This document shows, piece after piece, positions 9,660 through 21,981 of a stretch of 64,000 nt of DNA. Numbering within the stretch: the stretch's first letter is position 1; each line of letters starts with the position of its first letter. The stretch comes from an uncultured virus (IMG/VR IMGVR_UViG_3300037067_008462) (taxonomy: Duplodnaviria > Heunggongvirae > Uroviricota > Caudoviricetes): IMG/VR virus record IMGVR_UViG_3300037067_008462, one strand, 5' to 3'. The notes below the pieces were generated by a model. That model saw only the letters and a list, made by a program, of their open reading frames with translations, was not told where the DNA came from and ran no database searches. A program made the position numbers and the translations under genes.

Positions 9660-11517
9660 ATGTTAACATGGTTAGCAAGAAAACTAGCAGCATGGTATGT
9701 TAAAAAGTATTGGGGGTCAAGATGTAAAACAATCGCAAAAGATTGCGGTGGTTGCGAAGCTTGGTTGATGTATGATTATTTGTTTACAGAGAATTGGTTC
9801 GAAGGAGAAACACAAACATTTGAACCTACTATTTATGTTCCTGTAAGTACAAAGATTGAAGACCTAGACGATGAAGAGATTATGGAGAAAGTCAAAGAGT
9901 TTATGAACGCCAATCACCCGGAATATCAAGAGATTGCAAAAGAAGTTGCAGAAGAAGATGCCCGGTATTAAAGCACTTAATGATGCACTTATAGAGGTCG
10001 AAGAAGAACTTGAATGGCAAACAACCGGTACATTAAGAAGAAAGGAGAAACCTTTGTTTTTTAAAAGAAAGAAAGTAACAGGCGATCCGTGGAGCGATTT
10101 GTACACGAAGTTACAAAAGATTGTGAGTCAATTTTCTGTACAGGTTTGTTTTGCTTGTGATGGAGATATTTTTTATAATCTAATTTCTAATTCTAGATAT
10201 ATTTATGTTCGTGGTGCAAACGGTTGGGAAAAAACAAGAGAAAATTCTGTTTCTTTTAGAGAGAGAAGTTATTTATTAGAGTCTTTAAAGTATTCAATTC
10301 TTGAGGCAGCTAAAAGCGAATCTGTTTCTAAATTAGATCTAAAAGCACTTGCTATTAAAGAGAATTTAGACGATTTAGTTAAAGAAGAAGAGATGAAAAC
10401 AAGAAAAGATTTGGTATCAGGATTAATCAATGAATTGTGTTGTTCTAAACTAGGAGCAGAAGCTTATATTGGAGCATTAAAGGAAGAAAAGATAGAGGGT
10501 TGATTTTTTCACCCGATTGCGCTATAATATAGTTATGCAGAAGAATAAGAGTTGCAATCGACGATATTATATTGAGTTCTTTGATTACCATTGTTGGGAT
10601 GAAAAGCCTCCACATGGTCAGTGGGATATCACGTGTGCTGGTTGTGATCGAGGTCAAGGTTTCGAATATAAACAGCAGGCAATTGATGAATGCTCCCGTT
10701 TAAATAAAGAATTAAGTCACGAGACAATTCAAACAGTATTTGGTGGTCATAGGTTTAGAGTAAGGAGTAGATTATGAATACAGAATTATATAGACGTTTA
10801 ACACCAGCAATAATATTTGTAATATCATGCATTTTATTTTATGCTGTTTTTGCCTTACATCCAGATACTACTGCATATCACTGGTATGGACAGGCCGGAT
10901 TGATGAGTTGTGGAGCCTTTTTTGTCACTTCTCTACTCTATCTTTGTGAAGGATATATGAAATGAAAGATAAAGAGTTTACAATTAATAGTAGAAAATGT
11001 GTATATGTATTAGGCAAAAAAGGTATGCATTTACATAAAACTATTCTCAAAAGCGACGAACTTAAAATATACGAAGAGGCTGCACAAAATCTTATTAAAT
11101 TTTTAGATAAAAATGGTTTTTCACCGATTGGAAGTGAGGCAGTTCTTGATTATACTTTAGCATTATGTGGATTCTTTCTGGATCATTCAAGAGATGAATC
11201 AGAATAACATGGTATTGGTAACACAAACAAAGAGAAAAGAAGGTTCTGCTCCGGCGATCAGGGTTTATGAGATCACTGATGAGACCTTACCTGAGACTGT
11301 TTTAACGGCGGTTGAAGACTCTTTAATAGAACTAGGCTTTATACCTCAAAGCGATGCCATAGAGAACATCATGAGGCACGTTGCAAAGATAATGAACGAT
11401 TGGGACACTTCAGAGGAAAAGACACACTTTATTCCACTGAATATAACAGATTCATGGGTACAGGTGGCTCTTAGAGCGCCGTGGCCTGTAGAGATCATGA
11501 ATCCCCCACTTAGTTAA
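9660..11517 (+). CDS. Run of six small hypothetical ORFs
   Basis: 9660-9971, ~9958-10503, 10535-10777, 10774-10965, 10962-11207, ~11194-11517; abutting or overlapping. Confidence 0.65.
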
Positions 11518-11535
11518 CTCTACTCTCCTTATATG

Positions 11536-11567
11536 AACAAGCCCCTTTCTCGGGGCTTGTTTTTTTT
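11536..11567 (+). terminator. Intrinsic terminator
   Basis: AACAAGCCCC/GGGGCTTGTT hairpin followed by a T-run. Confidence 0.85.
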
Positions 11568-11611
11568 AAAGATGTATGCTATAATTAAACCAGCATCGAA
11601 AGGAGAGTTAT

Positions 11612-12429
11612 ATGCATTGCGCGAATTGTGGTGTTAAAATTAATGAATATGATTCATATCTACCAGATATGAGTGCGTCTGAATACGGAAAGCGATATAA
11701 GAATGGAATTCTTAAGCGTTATTGTGAGAATTGTTATTATGAAGACGATCCCGTAATTACTGTAATAGATATAAAGAATAATACAAAGGTTGGGATTGGA
11801 TCACTTCGGGCTTATGGAGAAGATGACATTGATTTAAGTTATTTTAAGTTCGGCTATACTCATACCGATGCGTGGAGAGGTTATTTCTATGCCGATCTAA
11901 AAAATGATCCCAATAATCCTCTCTGCAAGTATTCTGACGGTTGGACTACTGGAATGCCCGACGAGACCACTCATTCCAAGGCTCTATTTAATGATACGAT
12001 TGAGTGGCTTAGAAAACAAGACCTACCTTTTACTATGTATTTAATCATTTCACAGACCTCTAATGTATTTTCTTTAGGAATTGATATTTTCTTAAAGAAA
12101 GATGAGATAGAGTCGTTTGAGGAATGGATGAAAGAACACGGCAAAGACCCTGAAATCTTGAAGGAATTTTAGAAGACCAAGGCTCTATCTAAATGATCGA
12201 AATTCAAATCAATCTAATACCATTTGGTATAGGAGAACCTAAGTCTCTAGGTAAGATTATAATAGGTAATGATGGAACGGGAACTGAAAACATAGGCAAC
12301 TATAATATCAAATTCTTCGATAGAGCCAATAGACAGTTTAAAACAACAAGACTAGAGAAATGGCCTCGCATGAAGAAGTCTATTTGGCAGATGATCAAGA
12401 AGATATTCGAAGAAGAAAAGATAGAGTGA
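11612..12429 (+). CDS. Two hypothetical proteins (11612-12172, 12193-12429)
   Basis: RBS-preceded ORFs; the first has CxxC pairs. Confidence 0.7.
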
Positions 12430-12472
12430 AGGTCTTGCATTTTTTCAGAAGATGTGCTATAATTATAATATA

Positions 12473-12550
12473 GGGCGGGTAGCCCAATTGCCAGAGGCCG
12501 TAGACTTAAAATCTATCAAGGTGTGAGTTGGAATCTCACCCCGCCCACCA
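12473..12550 (+). tRNA. tRNA-Leu(TAA), short variable loop, swapped D/T tertiary pair
   Basis: GGGCGGG/CCCGCCC acceptor stem, GTAGA-CTTAAAA-TCTAT anticodon arm, T-loop TTGGAAT, ACCA end; promoter directly upstream. Confidence 0.88.
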
Positions 12551-12569
12551 AATTTTGAAGGATAGCAAA

Positions 12570-15410
12570 ATGCATTGTCTTTATCAGCAAGGTTATAACA
12601 ACTGGACTGTATATTTAGAAGAGCAATATCCGCAACCTTCTAAATATCGGTTTCGTATTAATATAGTTAGTCGTGCTCATGCTACAGATGACGAATGGTG
12701 GTGTGATACATTTGATGATGCAATTGATGGTTTAATTAAATTAACTAAGGAACATTTTAACGAAGATTTAGATAGAGCAGAGTTACGTAAGCAGTTAATA
12801 GAACGATATAGGATTGCTACACAGTCATGCATCGAAGTAGGAAAATTGATGACAGAATACCTAAAAGAAATCGAAAAAGAGAAATGAATGTATCCAAAAC
12901 TTCGAAAATATCATCATTTTTGTAAAAAGCTTTTAAAGAAGATAGAGGAAAGTCTTTGTATTTGCGAAGAATACGGAGAACAATCTACTTCAGGTAATAT
13001 GTCATGGCAAGATAGACTTTTGCTTATCAAAGCGGAACTTGAAGAATGGACACTTCCTTCGGCAAAGAGAACTACAATTAAAATTTCAATTCCAGGATAT
13101 TCTTCTTATGCAATCAAAAAGGAGAAATGAAGTGAAGATCAATGAAGACTATCGAGTTAATTGGTATATGGTTGTTGTTCTATTGACCCTCCTTATTGTT
13201 TTAGCTATTTATCTTCCTACATTTGTGAGGAATTATTAAGATGTCTGAGATAGAGCGTTGCGCTAATTGTTGGAGCGAAATACACAATGGCGATACCGTC
13301 TATGAAATGACTATGGATGATATGTATCACGAAATACGTTACTATTGTGAATCTTGTATAAAGAAGACGGAATATAACAGATGTTCGTGTGATAAATGTA
13401 AGAAGGAGAAATAAATGTATCTTTCTGAGGTTTCTGAGAAAATCGAAAACGAAGATTACAAGAATAAGATGGTGTATCCATCAAGACGCCAGCTTGGGCC
13501 AACCGAAGATACTAGTGCAGCAAAAGAACAGGCTAGAAAAGAATTAGATTTAAAAAGAAGAGAGTATGCACAAGAGAATTATAGGTTAGAGAAACAATTT
13601 AGAAATGATCTCGTAGCTGCATTAGGAGATCAATATGACTTACATGAAGATGCGGCTCAGGCAGTCTATGACTATGCCTGGGATCAAGGACATTCTAGTG
13701 GTTACTCTGAAGTGGTAACTTACACAATCATCATAATGGAGATGGTTGAGAAGATTCTTAAATCTTATGGAGTTATGTAGAGATGTTTGATTATTTTGGT
13801 GAAGAGATAGAATTGAAGGAAAAGATTTATGATGTTTCTGAAAAGAACATTTGGTCGTTCCGTCAGAATAATCCTGAGTTGGTTATTCAAGATGCTGCTA
13901 AATACCTTGCTCTATCTTCTCAGGATCAAGAGACTCTAAGAACAATTCTTCTAGCAAGAGGTATTAATAAGTGGTTAAAGGTACGTAGAGATATCATTGC
14001 TTATAAGGGATTGGTTAAGATTAGGATTAAAGAACTAATTGAAGAAATCAAAATAGAGAAGGCCAAGCTTCAAGGCGACAGGACCACTCCTCACCATAAG
14101 CTAATCTCCTTAAGGAGCGAACTGAAGGCTCTAGAAGATGTGAGGCGTAATCTTCGCCAGATGTGTCATTCAGAACGTATGGTGATCTGGCCTCACTCTG
14201 TTCGTAGGGATACATTGAAGAAGATGAATACTATTAAAGTAGGACAATTGATTAATTAAATGGGAAAGACTCTTAGATATAATCAAGATCATAAAGTTAG
14301 TTCTCAGATGAGAAAGAGAGCTAAAGAAGATGCTTTGAGAGCTAGACGTGCTAGAAAGAAGAAAGAGAGATTAGAGTTTTGGAGAGAATATGGCAAGGAA
14401 GTTTGAAAAAACAATTTATAAAACTGAGCTTCTTGGGATGCGAATTGATTGCAAATGTCCTAAATGTGGAGCGAATCTAAAGAATGTTGAGGTTGAACTA
14501 AGCCCTTATCGACACGAAAATACTTATATTGATGACTATGGGATATCAAGACGGCCCCTTAAGAATCTTGATTTATTTAGCGATGAATGCGAAATCTGTG
14601 GAACAGAAAGCTATGTAAGCGTAAACGTAAGATGTAAAATTTGTAGTCATCCTTTTGAAGTTATTCTGTATAATTCATTAATGTAGGTGGGTGATATTAT
14701 GGCAAGAAAATTAGTTTATGAATCCTTCGAGGAAGACAAGATAGAATCTCTATCTCTTAATCCATATGTTTATGAGATCGAAGGTCTTCATAATGATTGG
14801 CATTTCAAGGTTGAGATAAGATTCAGAGGAAAGGGTTGGGTTGTTTGTAAGGCTGGATATTCTTTAACCCCATGTTCTTTAAGTAAAAGCGAGAAATTAT
14901 TTATTCTTGAAAGTATGCCAAGCGACATGACTGATGAAGATTATCAAGATGTACGCTTTGATTCAAAAGAAGAAGCTCTATCTTTCTTTAAGGAGTGTCT
15001 TAAAGAAATTCTATCTCTACCAGAAACAAATTATAGAGTTATGACATTCAAACAAGAACTTGGTTTATATCATTTCGAGAAAGAAAATGAATAAAATTAT
15101 AGCAGCAGAAGCACATGCTTTATTAGAAGGATGGAGCCAAGATTACCAACATCTATCTTACATTAAAGAACACAAGAACACAGCCCGTTTATTAGAAATT
15201 GGATTATTAGATTTATCCAATATTTTTTACTTTATCAATAGTTATCCCTGGTATGTAATCTGGTTAGTAGATAAAGTTGCTGATATAAAAAAGATTCCTA
15301 TGGATGATCCATCAGAAGAGATTCAAGGGAGGGTTGGTCCTTTGATTACGTGGATTACTCGGTGGTATAATGATCATCGAGAGGAGTTAGAAATAACAGA
15401 GAAAAAATGA
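12570..15410 (+). CDS. Run of small hypothetical ORFs
   Basis: 12570-12887, 12888-13130, 13415-13780, 13783-14259, 14260-14406 (basic, not in track), 14390-14686 (Zn ribbon), ~14699-15094, ~15087-15410. Confidence 0.65.
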
Positions 15411-15637
15411 CCCGATTAAATCTACTTAATTTGTTAGAATTATTTCCTCTGGTGGAAGGGAGATATATAATTCATTCACTGGACAGAGATTTTGAGATAG
15501 TCTTTATGCCTCCACAGATTAAGTATTTTCTTTCAAATACTTCAGTTTATATTGCTTCATGGGATTGTGATCTAAAAAAAATTTATAATATAATTAGTGA
15601 CTGGACCGAGGAACTTGGTCTTAAAATCAAATATTAA
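15407..15637 (+). CDS. TxLNxxNL-family small protein
   Basis: MTRLNLLNLLELF... Confidence 0.75.
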   Translation: MTRLNLLNLLELFPLVEGRYIIHSLDRDFEIVFMPPQIKYFLSNTSVYIASWDCDLKKIYNIISDWTEELGLKIKY

Positions 15638-15910
15638 AGTTGATATTTAAAAGGAGTCCAATAGAAGCGCAATAGAGGAGTTTTGTTCTGATTCCTACCA
15701 ATACTACCAATAAATATTACTAATATCTATACCTATATTGGTTTAGGTTAAATTCTTATTAAAATGTTGTTTTTTTCAGAGAGATATGATATGTGCGGTA
15801 TTCCCCTCTTCAATACTCAGAGCGCACCCTTGCTTGGTTAAATCTAAGTTAAATCGTTGCATTCTTCAACAGAATGTGTTATGATTGTGGTATTCTAGAA
15901 GGAGATCAAA

Positions 15911-17761
15911 GTGGACGCAAACGAAATTACAAAGATTGTTGAAGGTTTGAGTCGCTTGGCATATGCCGGGATTGATTCGGAATATGTAGAAGCTTTCTCT
16001 GCTATTGCTAACACTCACAGAGCATTCTCTAGTCATCTCTTGGCATTTGCTTATACCGTGATTTTCTCTTTCGCCAACATGAAATATTCAGATGAACGGA
16101 ACGAGCATATCGTCAATGAATGCCGCAAGATTTATGAGTTTATTAGTAATTCTCTTGAGTATAAGAACCTAGAATTTCCTGAGTTCTTTGTAATGAAGGG
16201 ATATTTCGAAGAACATCTTAAAAAAAACGATCTCAAAGACAAATTCTAGGCCGCTTGCATTTTTCAAAAGAACGTGCTACAATTGGTGCGAAACCACGAA
16301 AAGGAGCTATTATGGGAATTTCAGAGAAAGTTTTCCGTCAAGCTATGGACACTTGCCCTCGCATTCATGAATTCTTCGATTCTATTGAATATAATTTTGT
16401 AGAAGAAAGCGGAAACATTGAAGGCTCTATCTACTGTCATGAGCAATTTAGAATCGAAGCAGTAGATGATCTAGTTATCTTCAAAGGCGGTACAAAGCTT
16501 CGTCTAGACGCAGAAATGCTTATTCGTCTAGGTGAGTTTTGTAGCATGATTAAACATTTCATGCAACTAGAAGAGGAAGAAGTTAAAGACCCATCATTCG
16601 AAACAGAGGATGAAAAAGTTGTTAATATTATTCTGAATCTATCAAGCGGATTGGAACCGATAAATCTTTCTAAGCAAGAATGTAAATTGCTAGAAAAGAA
16701 ATATGGGTCAGATTGGTTTGAAAAGATTGGATATGACGAGACTACACATAAGAAACCTGATTGGAGTGATTAAATGCAAGTTTCTTATGGAGATAGTTAT
16801 TGTATTCCAGGACAAGAGATAGAGGAGAATACGAATGAATGAATTCTCTATGAAAGATAGAGACCTCGCAGACCTTCCTCAAGGTGCAGTACATGTAATT
16901 GAAGATATCTATTACATTCCAACATGGAGTAAATTACTTCAAGAATGTCTTCCTTGTGATATTGATAATGTGGTTCGTCTATATGCAATTGATCAGGGGT
17001 GGATTATTGGTCATACGGCTATGACAATCGCTAATGATTTAGGATTGAGTACTCAGATTCCTGGGAGATATGTTTATTATTCTGATGGCCCTGCTTGTGT
17101 AATCAAGATTGATAATACAGAGATAGAGTTTATTCATAAGGCTTTTGCCGTTTTAAATAAAGATCATACTACCGCCTTTATTGTTACATGTTTAATTTAT
17201 TTTTATAATGATAGTGTTAAAGATCATAAAGCTATAATTAATGATTGGTTTTCAGAATATGATAGTGCTTCTGATTTAAGTTATCAAGAATTTTTAGAAC
17301 TGGTAAAACCATATCCTGAAATTTATCAGAATGCTCTATTGTTGGATTAAATCTAAGTAAAACTCTTGCTTTCTTCAAAAGAACGTGGTATACTTAGAAC
17401 ATCATCAAAGGAGAGAGACATGGTAACTGTAATTAGGAAAGGGCGCTCAGACAAGCTTGGATGCGATCTCTGGTTGTTTGCCACCAAGAGGAACGGAAAC
17501 ACTTGCTCTATCTATCTAGGCCAAGAGGCTAAGGTAATGGCAAGGATTCTTGGTTGGGATTATACCGATCCTCGCTCAGAATTCGGAAGGATTGCTACCT
17601 ATCTTCACCTTCCTAAGAAGCCTAGGACTGAGAAGAGCGGAGAGAAGTGCATGAAGAAGCTCATGAGGGGATATGCTTATGAGATTCTAGATGCGCTTGG
17701 AATGACCGAGGACGATCTGTGGAAGGTAGAGCCTTGGGAGCTTCACGTGGGGGGCGGATAA
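15911..17761 (+). CDS. Four hypothetical early proteins (15911-16249, 16312-16773, 16835-17350, 17420-17761)
   Basis: Strong AGGAG RBSs; three have their own promoters. Confidence 0.7.
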
Positions 17762-17762
17762 G

Positions 17763-18008
17763 ATGATTAGAAATACAGTTTTAAATAAAATTAGAAACAT
17801 TGTTCGCTTCAATAAAGAGAAGGCTGAAGTTGATCTCTTTCTATGGTGCATGTTGGATGGACTAATTAAAAAGAATCATCGGTTTGATATCTTTCATAAT
17901 GGAAAATATATGTTGATAATGCTTGATTATTTTCGTCGTTTTCCTTTTCCAGATTGGGTTCTTCGTGTTTTAGCTGATTATAAATTCGGTAAAGGAAATT
18001 GGAAATGA
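17763..18008 (+). CDS. Divergent TxLNxxNL-family small protein
   Basis: MIRNTVLNKIRNIV... Confidence 0.6.
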   Translation: MIRNTVLNKIRNIVRFNKEKAEVDLFLWCMLDGLIKKNHRFDIFHNGKYMLIMLDYFRRFPFPDWVLRVLADYKFGKGNWK

Positions 18009-19047
18009 AATATCCACCACTTGAGGTCAAAGATAGTGAACCATTCCCTGATTTGGAATTAGTAATTGTTACAAATTATTCATGTCCTAAGTGCGGCTAC
18101 AATACGCAGCTTAGAATGGACATCGTACCACTTGATGTACTTGAGCGCAAATATCTAAACGAGAGAAGAGGAGATAAGCATTTCTCTACTTTGTTTAATC
18201 AAGGTGTAGGCGGTGGGGTATGTGATTGTGGAACGGATTTAGATCATACAACTACAATCGAACCAGCAACTATGATTGATCTAGCACGTTTATATGCTAA
18301 TGTTTCCTCTATCTCGTATCACAATGGAACATTCAATCATTATGTTTATACTAAATGGATTAAACATGATTGTAAAATTCTAACAAGCGAAGAGCCTCTT
18401 GCAATTCCTTCTTTAGAAGAGATGTATCATTGTTTAGATGAACATTATAGGAAAGAAAGAGGAGAGTTAACCCTTATGCATGAGGGTGCAATGAAACAAC
18501 TTAAAGCGATTCTGGAAAAATGGGAAGGATTTAACCCCTAAATCTATTGCATTTTTCAAAAGAACGTGTTATGATTAGAACATCATCAAAGGAGAGAAAA
18601 ATGTACAATGAAATAGGCAGAGTGGCAACCACGGTTCGTCAGGATGCAGACTGTATTTCAGTAGTTTATCATTCTACTGAAGTATTTTATTACAACAAGA
18701 TTAATGATTCAATCACGCTTAATACTGGTGGATGGAATACTCCCACCACCAAGCGTAGAATCAACCAAGCTCTTTTTCACTTTGGATTTAGAGGATACTA
18801 TGTATTCCAGAAGAATTACCAATGGTATCTTTCTACACCAGATAAAGATATTCCATTCAATACTTCTATCACTTTAAACGTATAAGGAGACAAGATGAAA
18901 TCCAAGAAGACTCGCCAGGACGAAGCATTAGAACGTCAGGCAGCATACAACACCAGAACACCAGCGGAACAGCTTGCTTTAACCAAGCAGAGGAGAGGGA
19001 ATAGCGGGAAGGAGCAGGAACGGCTCAAGAAGCGAATCAAGCCATAG
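18005..19047 (+). CDS. Three hypothetical ORFs (18005-18541, 18601-18885, 18895-19047)
   Basis: RBS-preceded ORFs; the last (MKSKKTRQDEALERQAAY...) is not in the track. Confidence 0.65.
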
Positions 19048-19095
19048 GCTCTATCTCTTGACTTCTTTAAAAGAACGTGGTATGATATACCTATC

Positions 19096-19263
19096 ATGAA
19101 GAAGAAGAAAAGAAACAAGAAGATAGAGTGGTTGGATTTGCTGTTGCATACATCCAATCCCATTCATCTTGAGCATTTGAAGCGCCACGGTGCGGGTACG
19201 GGTTCGCATAAGAGCAAGAAGGATTATGATCGCAAGAATAAGGATTATAAAGAGGATTATTAA
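19096..19263 (+). CDS. Small basic protein (probably leaderless)
   Basis: MKKKKRNKKIEW...HGAGTGSHKSKKDYDRK; ATG 9 nt after the TATGAT -10 box. Confidence 0.6.
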   Translation: MKKKKRNKKIEWLDLLLHTSNPIHLEHLKRHGAGTGSHKSKKDYDRKNKDYKEDY

Positions 19264-19415
19264 ATGAAAAAGAAAAATAAACCATCTGTTTTTGATTGCG
19301 ATACAATGTATGAACAGACATTGCTTGATCGCATCATTACTTGGTTTCTCTTTGGACTTGTGTTTTGTGGTATGGCATCGATTGTTGGCATAGTAATTTG
19401 GGTGATGGTGGTTAA

Positions 19416-19926
19416 ATGAAACGCTTACCAATTGATTACACTTTTATCGAGAATAATTCGATAAATAAAATTGCATCATTTCCACAATTTATTTGGCAAT
19501 GGAAATGGCGTTGGTGTATTACGTTGGCAAAGCAACTTGATTGCATCATTTTCTTTCTTTCATTTGGTTTAATTGAATCATATTTTGCTATAGATCAAAT
19601 GACGGCATATATGAGAGATAATAAGAATTGTCCTAAAAGAAAGAAGAGGTTGGCGAAGGAGAAATATAATGTATAGAATATCTTCCAGTGTGAAGACTTG
19701 GAGCTATAACGTCTTTCTTTCGTTTATGCTCTCAGGTGTTGCTTGTATGAGTAGCTCTTTAATTCATGTTAATATTTTAATTATGATTATTTTAGCCTTC
19801 TTGTTTTTAGCAATGGGGTTGTTTTCTTTGTTTACGTTAATTAAAACTAGTTATTCAGATGGTTATATGGATTGCATTACAACTATTCAAGAGGCCATGC
19901 AAAAGAAAGAGAAAGATACCGCTTGA
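19416..19926 (+). CDS. Two small membrane proteins (19416-19676, 19669-19926)
   Basis: Hydrophobic segments; overlapping ORFs. Confidence 0.6.
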
Positions 19927-19960
19927 CTTTTTCAAAAGAAAGTGCTATAATTGATCTATC

Positions 19961-20266
19961 ATGAAGCTTTACCTAGACGATGTGAGACCTATTCCTACGG
20001 GATGGGTGGGTGTGCGTACCTACGAGGAAGCAATTCATGTTATCGACAATGCAGACATTGGCTCTATCTCTGAAATATCTTTAGATCATGATCTAGGAAC
20101 AGAGAAAGATGGAGCAGATGTATTACAGTATTTAATAGATAACAATATTGTACCTGATATTGTTTATCTTCACACCATGAATCCTCTTGCAAAATTAGAA
20201 ATGCAAAGGATGTTAGAACGGCATAGGTCTAGATTAGAGAAGTTTAAAATAGATCAGGAGAGATGA
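19961..20266 (+). CDS. Receiver-like domain protein (cyclic-phosphate processing receiver-like)
   Basis: LYLDDVR...ISLDHDLG...G.DVL...HTMNP motif. Confidence 0.8.
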   Translation: MKLYLDDVRPIPTGWVGVRTYEEAIHVIDNADIGSISEISLDHDLGTEKDGADVLQYLIDNNIVPDIVYLHTMNPLAKLEMQRMLERHRSRLEKFKIDQER

Positions 20267-20267
20267 A

Positions 20268-20777
20268 ATGCAGGAACCATTGTTCAAAATTGGAGACGAA
20301 ATTCTGAACCTTGACGAATCAGATGATTTCGAGTCTGCTTCGGGAGATTGCGGAATTATCATAGATATTGTTAAAAAGTTTGAGGAAGGTATTAAACTAC
20401 CTAAAACTGAATGTGGATTTTATTATCTTGTTGAAGAGAATCATTTGTCTCCAAGATACGATGGAAACTGTAAAGTTATTGGTTATTTTAGACGCAAGAA
20501 AAGGATTTATCCTAATGTATGGGATGGAGAATACGGAATTAGATTGTTAAAAGATGTTCCAATCAAAGAATTACGCGAAAGGGGTCATTCTTACGTAAGA
20601 GATGCTTTAACTTGTTACGTATCTATAAGCCAGGAATTTAGGAGTTCTGGTGAGTTATTCAGTGTAGCGGTGGAAGAATGTAGAAATAAGAATGAAAAGA
20701 TGTATCAGAAATTATGGAGTGAGGAAACGGCGCGGATAAAAAGGAATATAGACGAAGCAGATAAAATAGTACGATGA
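20268..20777 (+). CDS. Hypothetical protein
   Basis: 169-aa ORF with AGGAG RBS. Confidence 0.7.
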   Translation: MQEPLFKIGDEILNLDESDDFESASGDCGIIIDIVKKFEEGIKLPKTECGFYYLVEENHLSPRYDGNCKVIGYFRRKKRIYPNVWDGEYGIRLLKDVPIKELRERGHSYVRDALTCYVSISQEFRSSGELFSVAVEECRNKNEKMYQKLWSEETARIKRNIDEADKIVR

Positions 20778-20821
20778 TTCTCTCTCTTGACATTTTCAAG
20801 GGTGAGTGGTATAATTATGAT

Positions 20822-21140
20822 AGTTGGTAAGCGAGAAGAAACATCAGTCCTCCGAGTTTGTATCGGACGCTACCCTAGATGTAAAGGACAAGGGTACCAA
20901 CATAACATCGCCAGAGTCCTTGGCGATATAGGACGATAAATATAAGGACAACTGTAACACAGTGTACTCAAGACGACATTCGACGCTTTATGATGAGAAT
21001 GGAAGTCGCCCCGACAAGGAGATTCTAGATAACTTGAATCGGGGTTCTTTAGCTATTAAACTTGGCAGTTGGGTGGTAAAACTGTTCCAGTGAGTAGATG
21101 AACTACTCCCTTCTGCGGTGGGGCGGATTAAACCGCATAT
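20822..21140 (+). ncRNA. Candidate ~320-nt structured ncRNA
   Basis: Perfect TTGACA-17-TATAAT at 20787-20815; stems GTTGGTA/TACCAAC, TCCGA/TCGGA, TACCCT/AGGGTA, ATCGCCA/TGGCGAT, CCCCGA/TCGGGG; no ORF. Confidence 0.6.
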
Positions 21141-21166
21141 ATTTAAATTAGAAGGAGTTTTGTATT

Positions 21167-21725
21167 ATGGCAGACGAACCTCTGATAAATAATAATGTGC
21201 ATTTGCCAGAAGAACCAGCGAAGAAGACCTGCGATCATTGTCAGAGAAGCATGTATGTAACCTGCTTCCCTCTTCGCAAGAGTTCACCGGATGGGAGAAG
21301 TGATACTTGCAAGGGTTGTACTGACGAGACTCACAAGTATGCAACAACGGTTAACTTTAAGCATCTAACAGAGATCAACAACACTCTATCTAATCATAGA
21401 CTTCTAACTCCTACAGAAAGCAATGCTGTAAAGAAGTTTATCAATCTTCTAAAGTTAACAGGAAAGGGTGGAGACATGAATAAGATTGCGCTCCTGGCTG
21501 GCCTCCGTCCAGGTGGAGATAAAAAGGAGTAACATGTTCCCTAGAAATAGATTGAATAGACTTAAGTATATAGATAAGAGATTGCTCCCTTTAGCATTAG
21601 AATCATCTCTAAGAAAAGGACATCTCGCAAGAATAAAGAATGATTTGTTTAGACAATCTATTTTGAATGTTTATTATTATTGGCCCAAACAAGGACTCTA
21701 TCTAATTAGCCCAACAACCAGTTGA
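21167..21725 (+). CDS. Zn-finger protein (21167-21532) and small hypothetical protein (~21534-21725)
   Basis: KTCDHC...DGRSDTCKGC in the first ORF. Confidence 0.65.
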
Positions 21726-21880
21726 TGAAAGCGAAAGCAAGTAATAATAACGGCACTGGTATAAGCAAGCCGTTAAAGAGAAGGTGATAGAATGATTTCG
21801 TTGGGACTATTAAATAGTGAATGTCATTTTATCATTGTGTGTTCTCCATGCCGCTTGAGGACGACTAGGGCGGCGTTTGT

Positions 21881-21953
21881 GGGCCGGTAGCTGAGTGGTT
21901 CGCAGCATCGGACCTTTAATCCGACGACGTAGGTTCGATTCCTACCCGGCCCA
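21881..21953 (+). tRNA. tRNA-Lys(TTT) with C at position 33, no encoded CCA
   Basis: GGGCCGG/CCGGCCC acceptor stem, TCGGA-CCTTTAA-TCCGA anticodon arm, GTAGG-TTCGATT-CCTAC T arm. Confidence 0.88.
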
Positions 21954-21981
21954 TTTAATCTTAAAAAAAGACTCTATCTAA

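Noticed and set aside
16255..18600. N-terminal 'MHFSKER/MLSSKER' similarity among track ORFs (16255, 17366, 18547, also 27614)
   Set aside because: Artefact of translating the conserved promoter sequence; true starts are downstream after the RBS
21720..21790. Assignment to a hammerhead, twister or pistol ribozyme
   Set aside because: Only fragments of the consensus (TGATGA, GAAA, TAAATAG) are present without the required stems; kept as an unclassified structure
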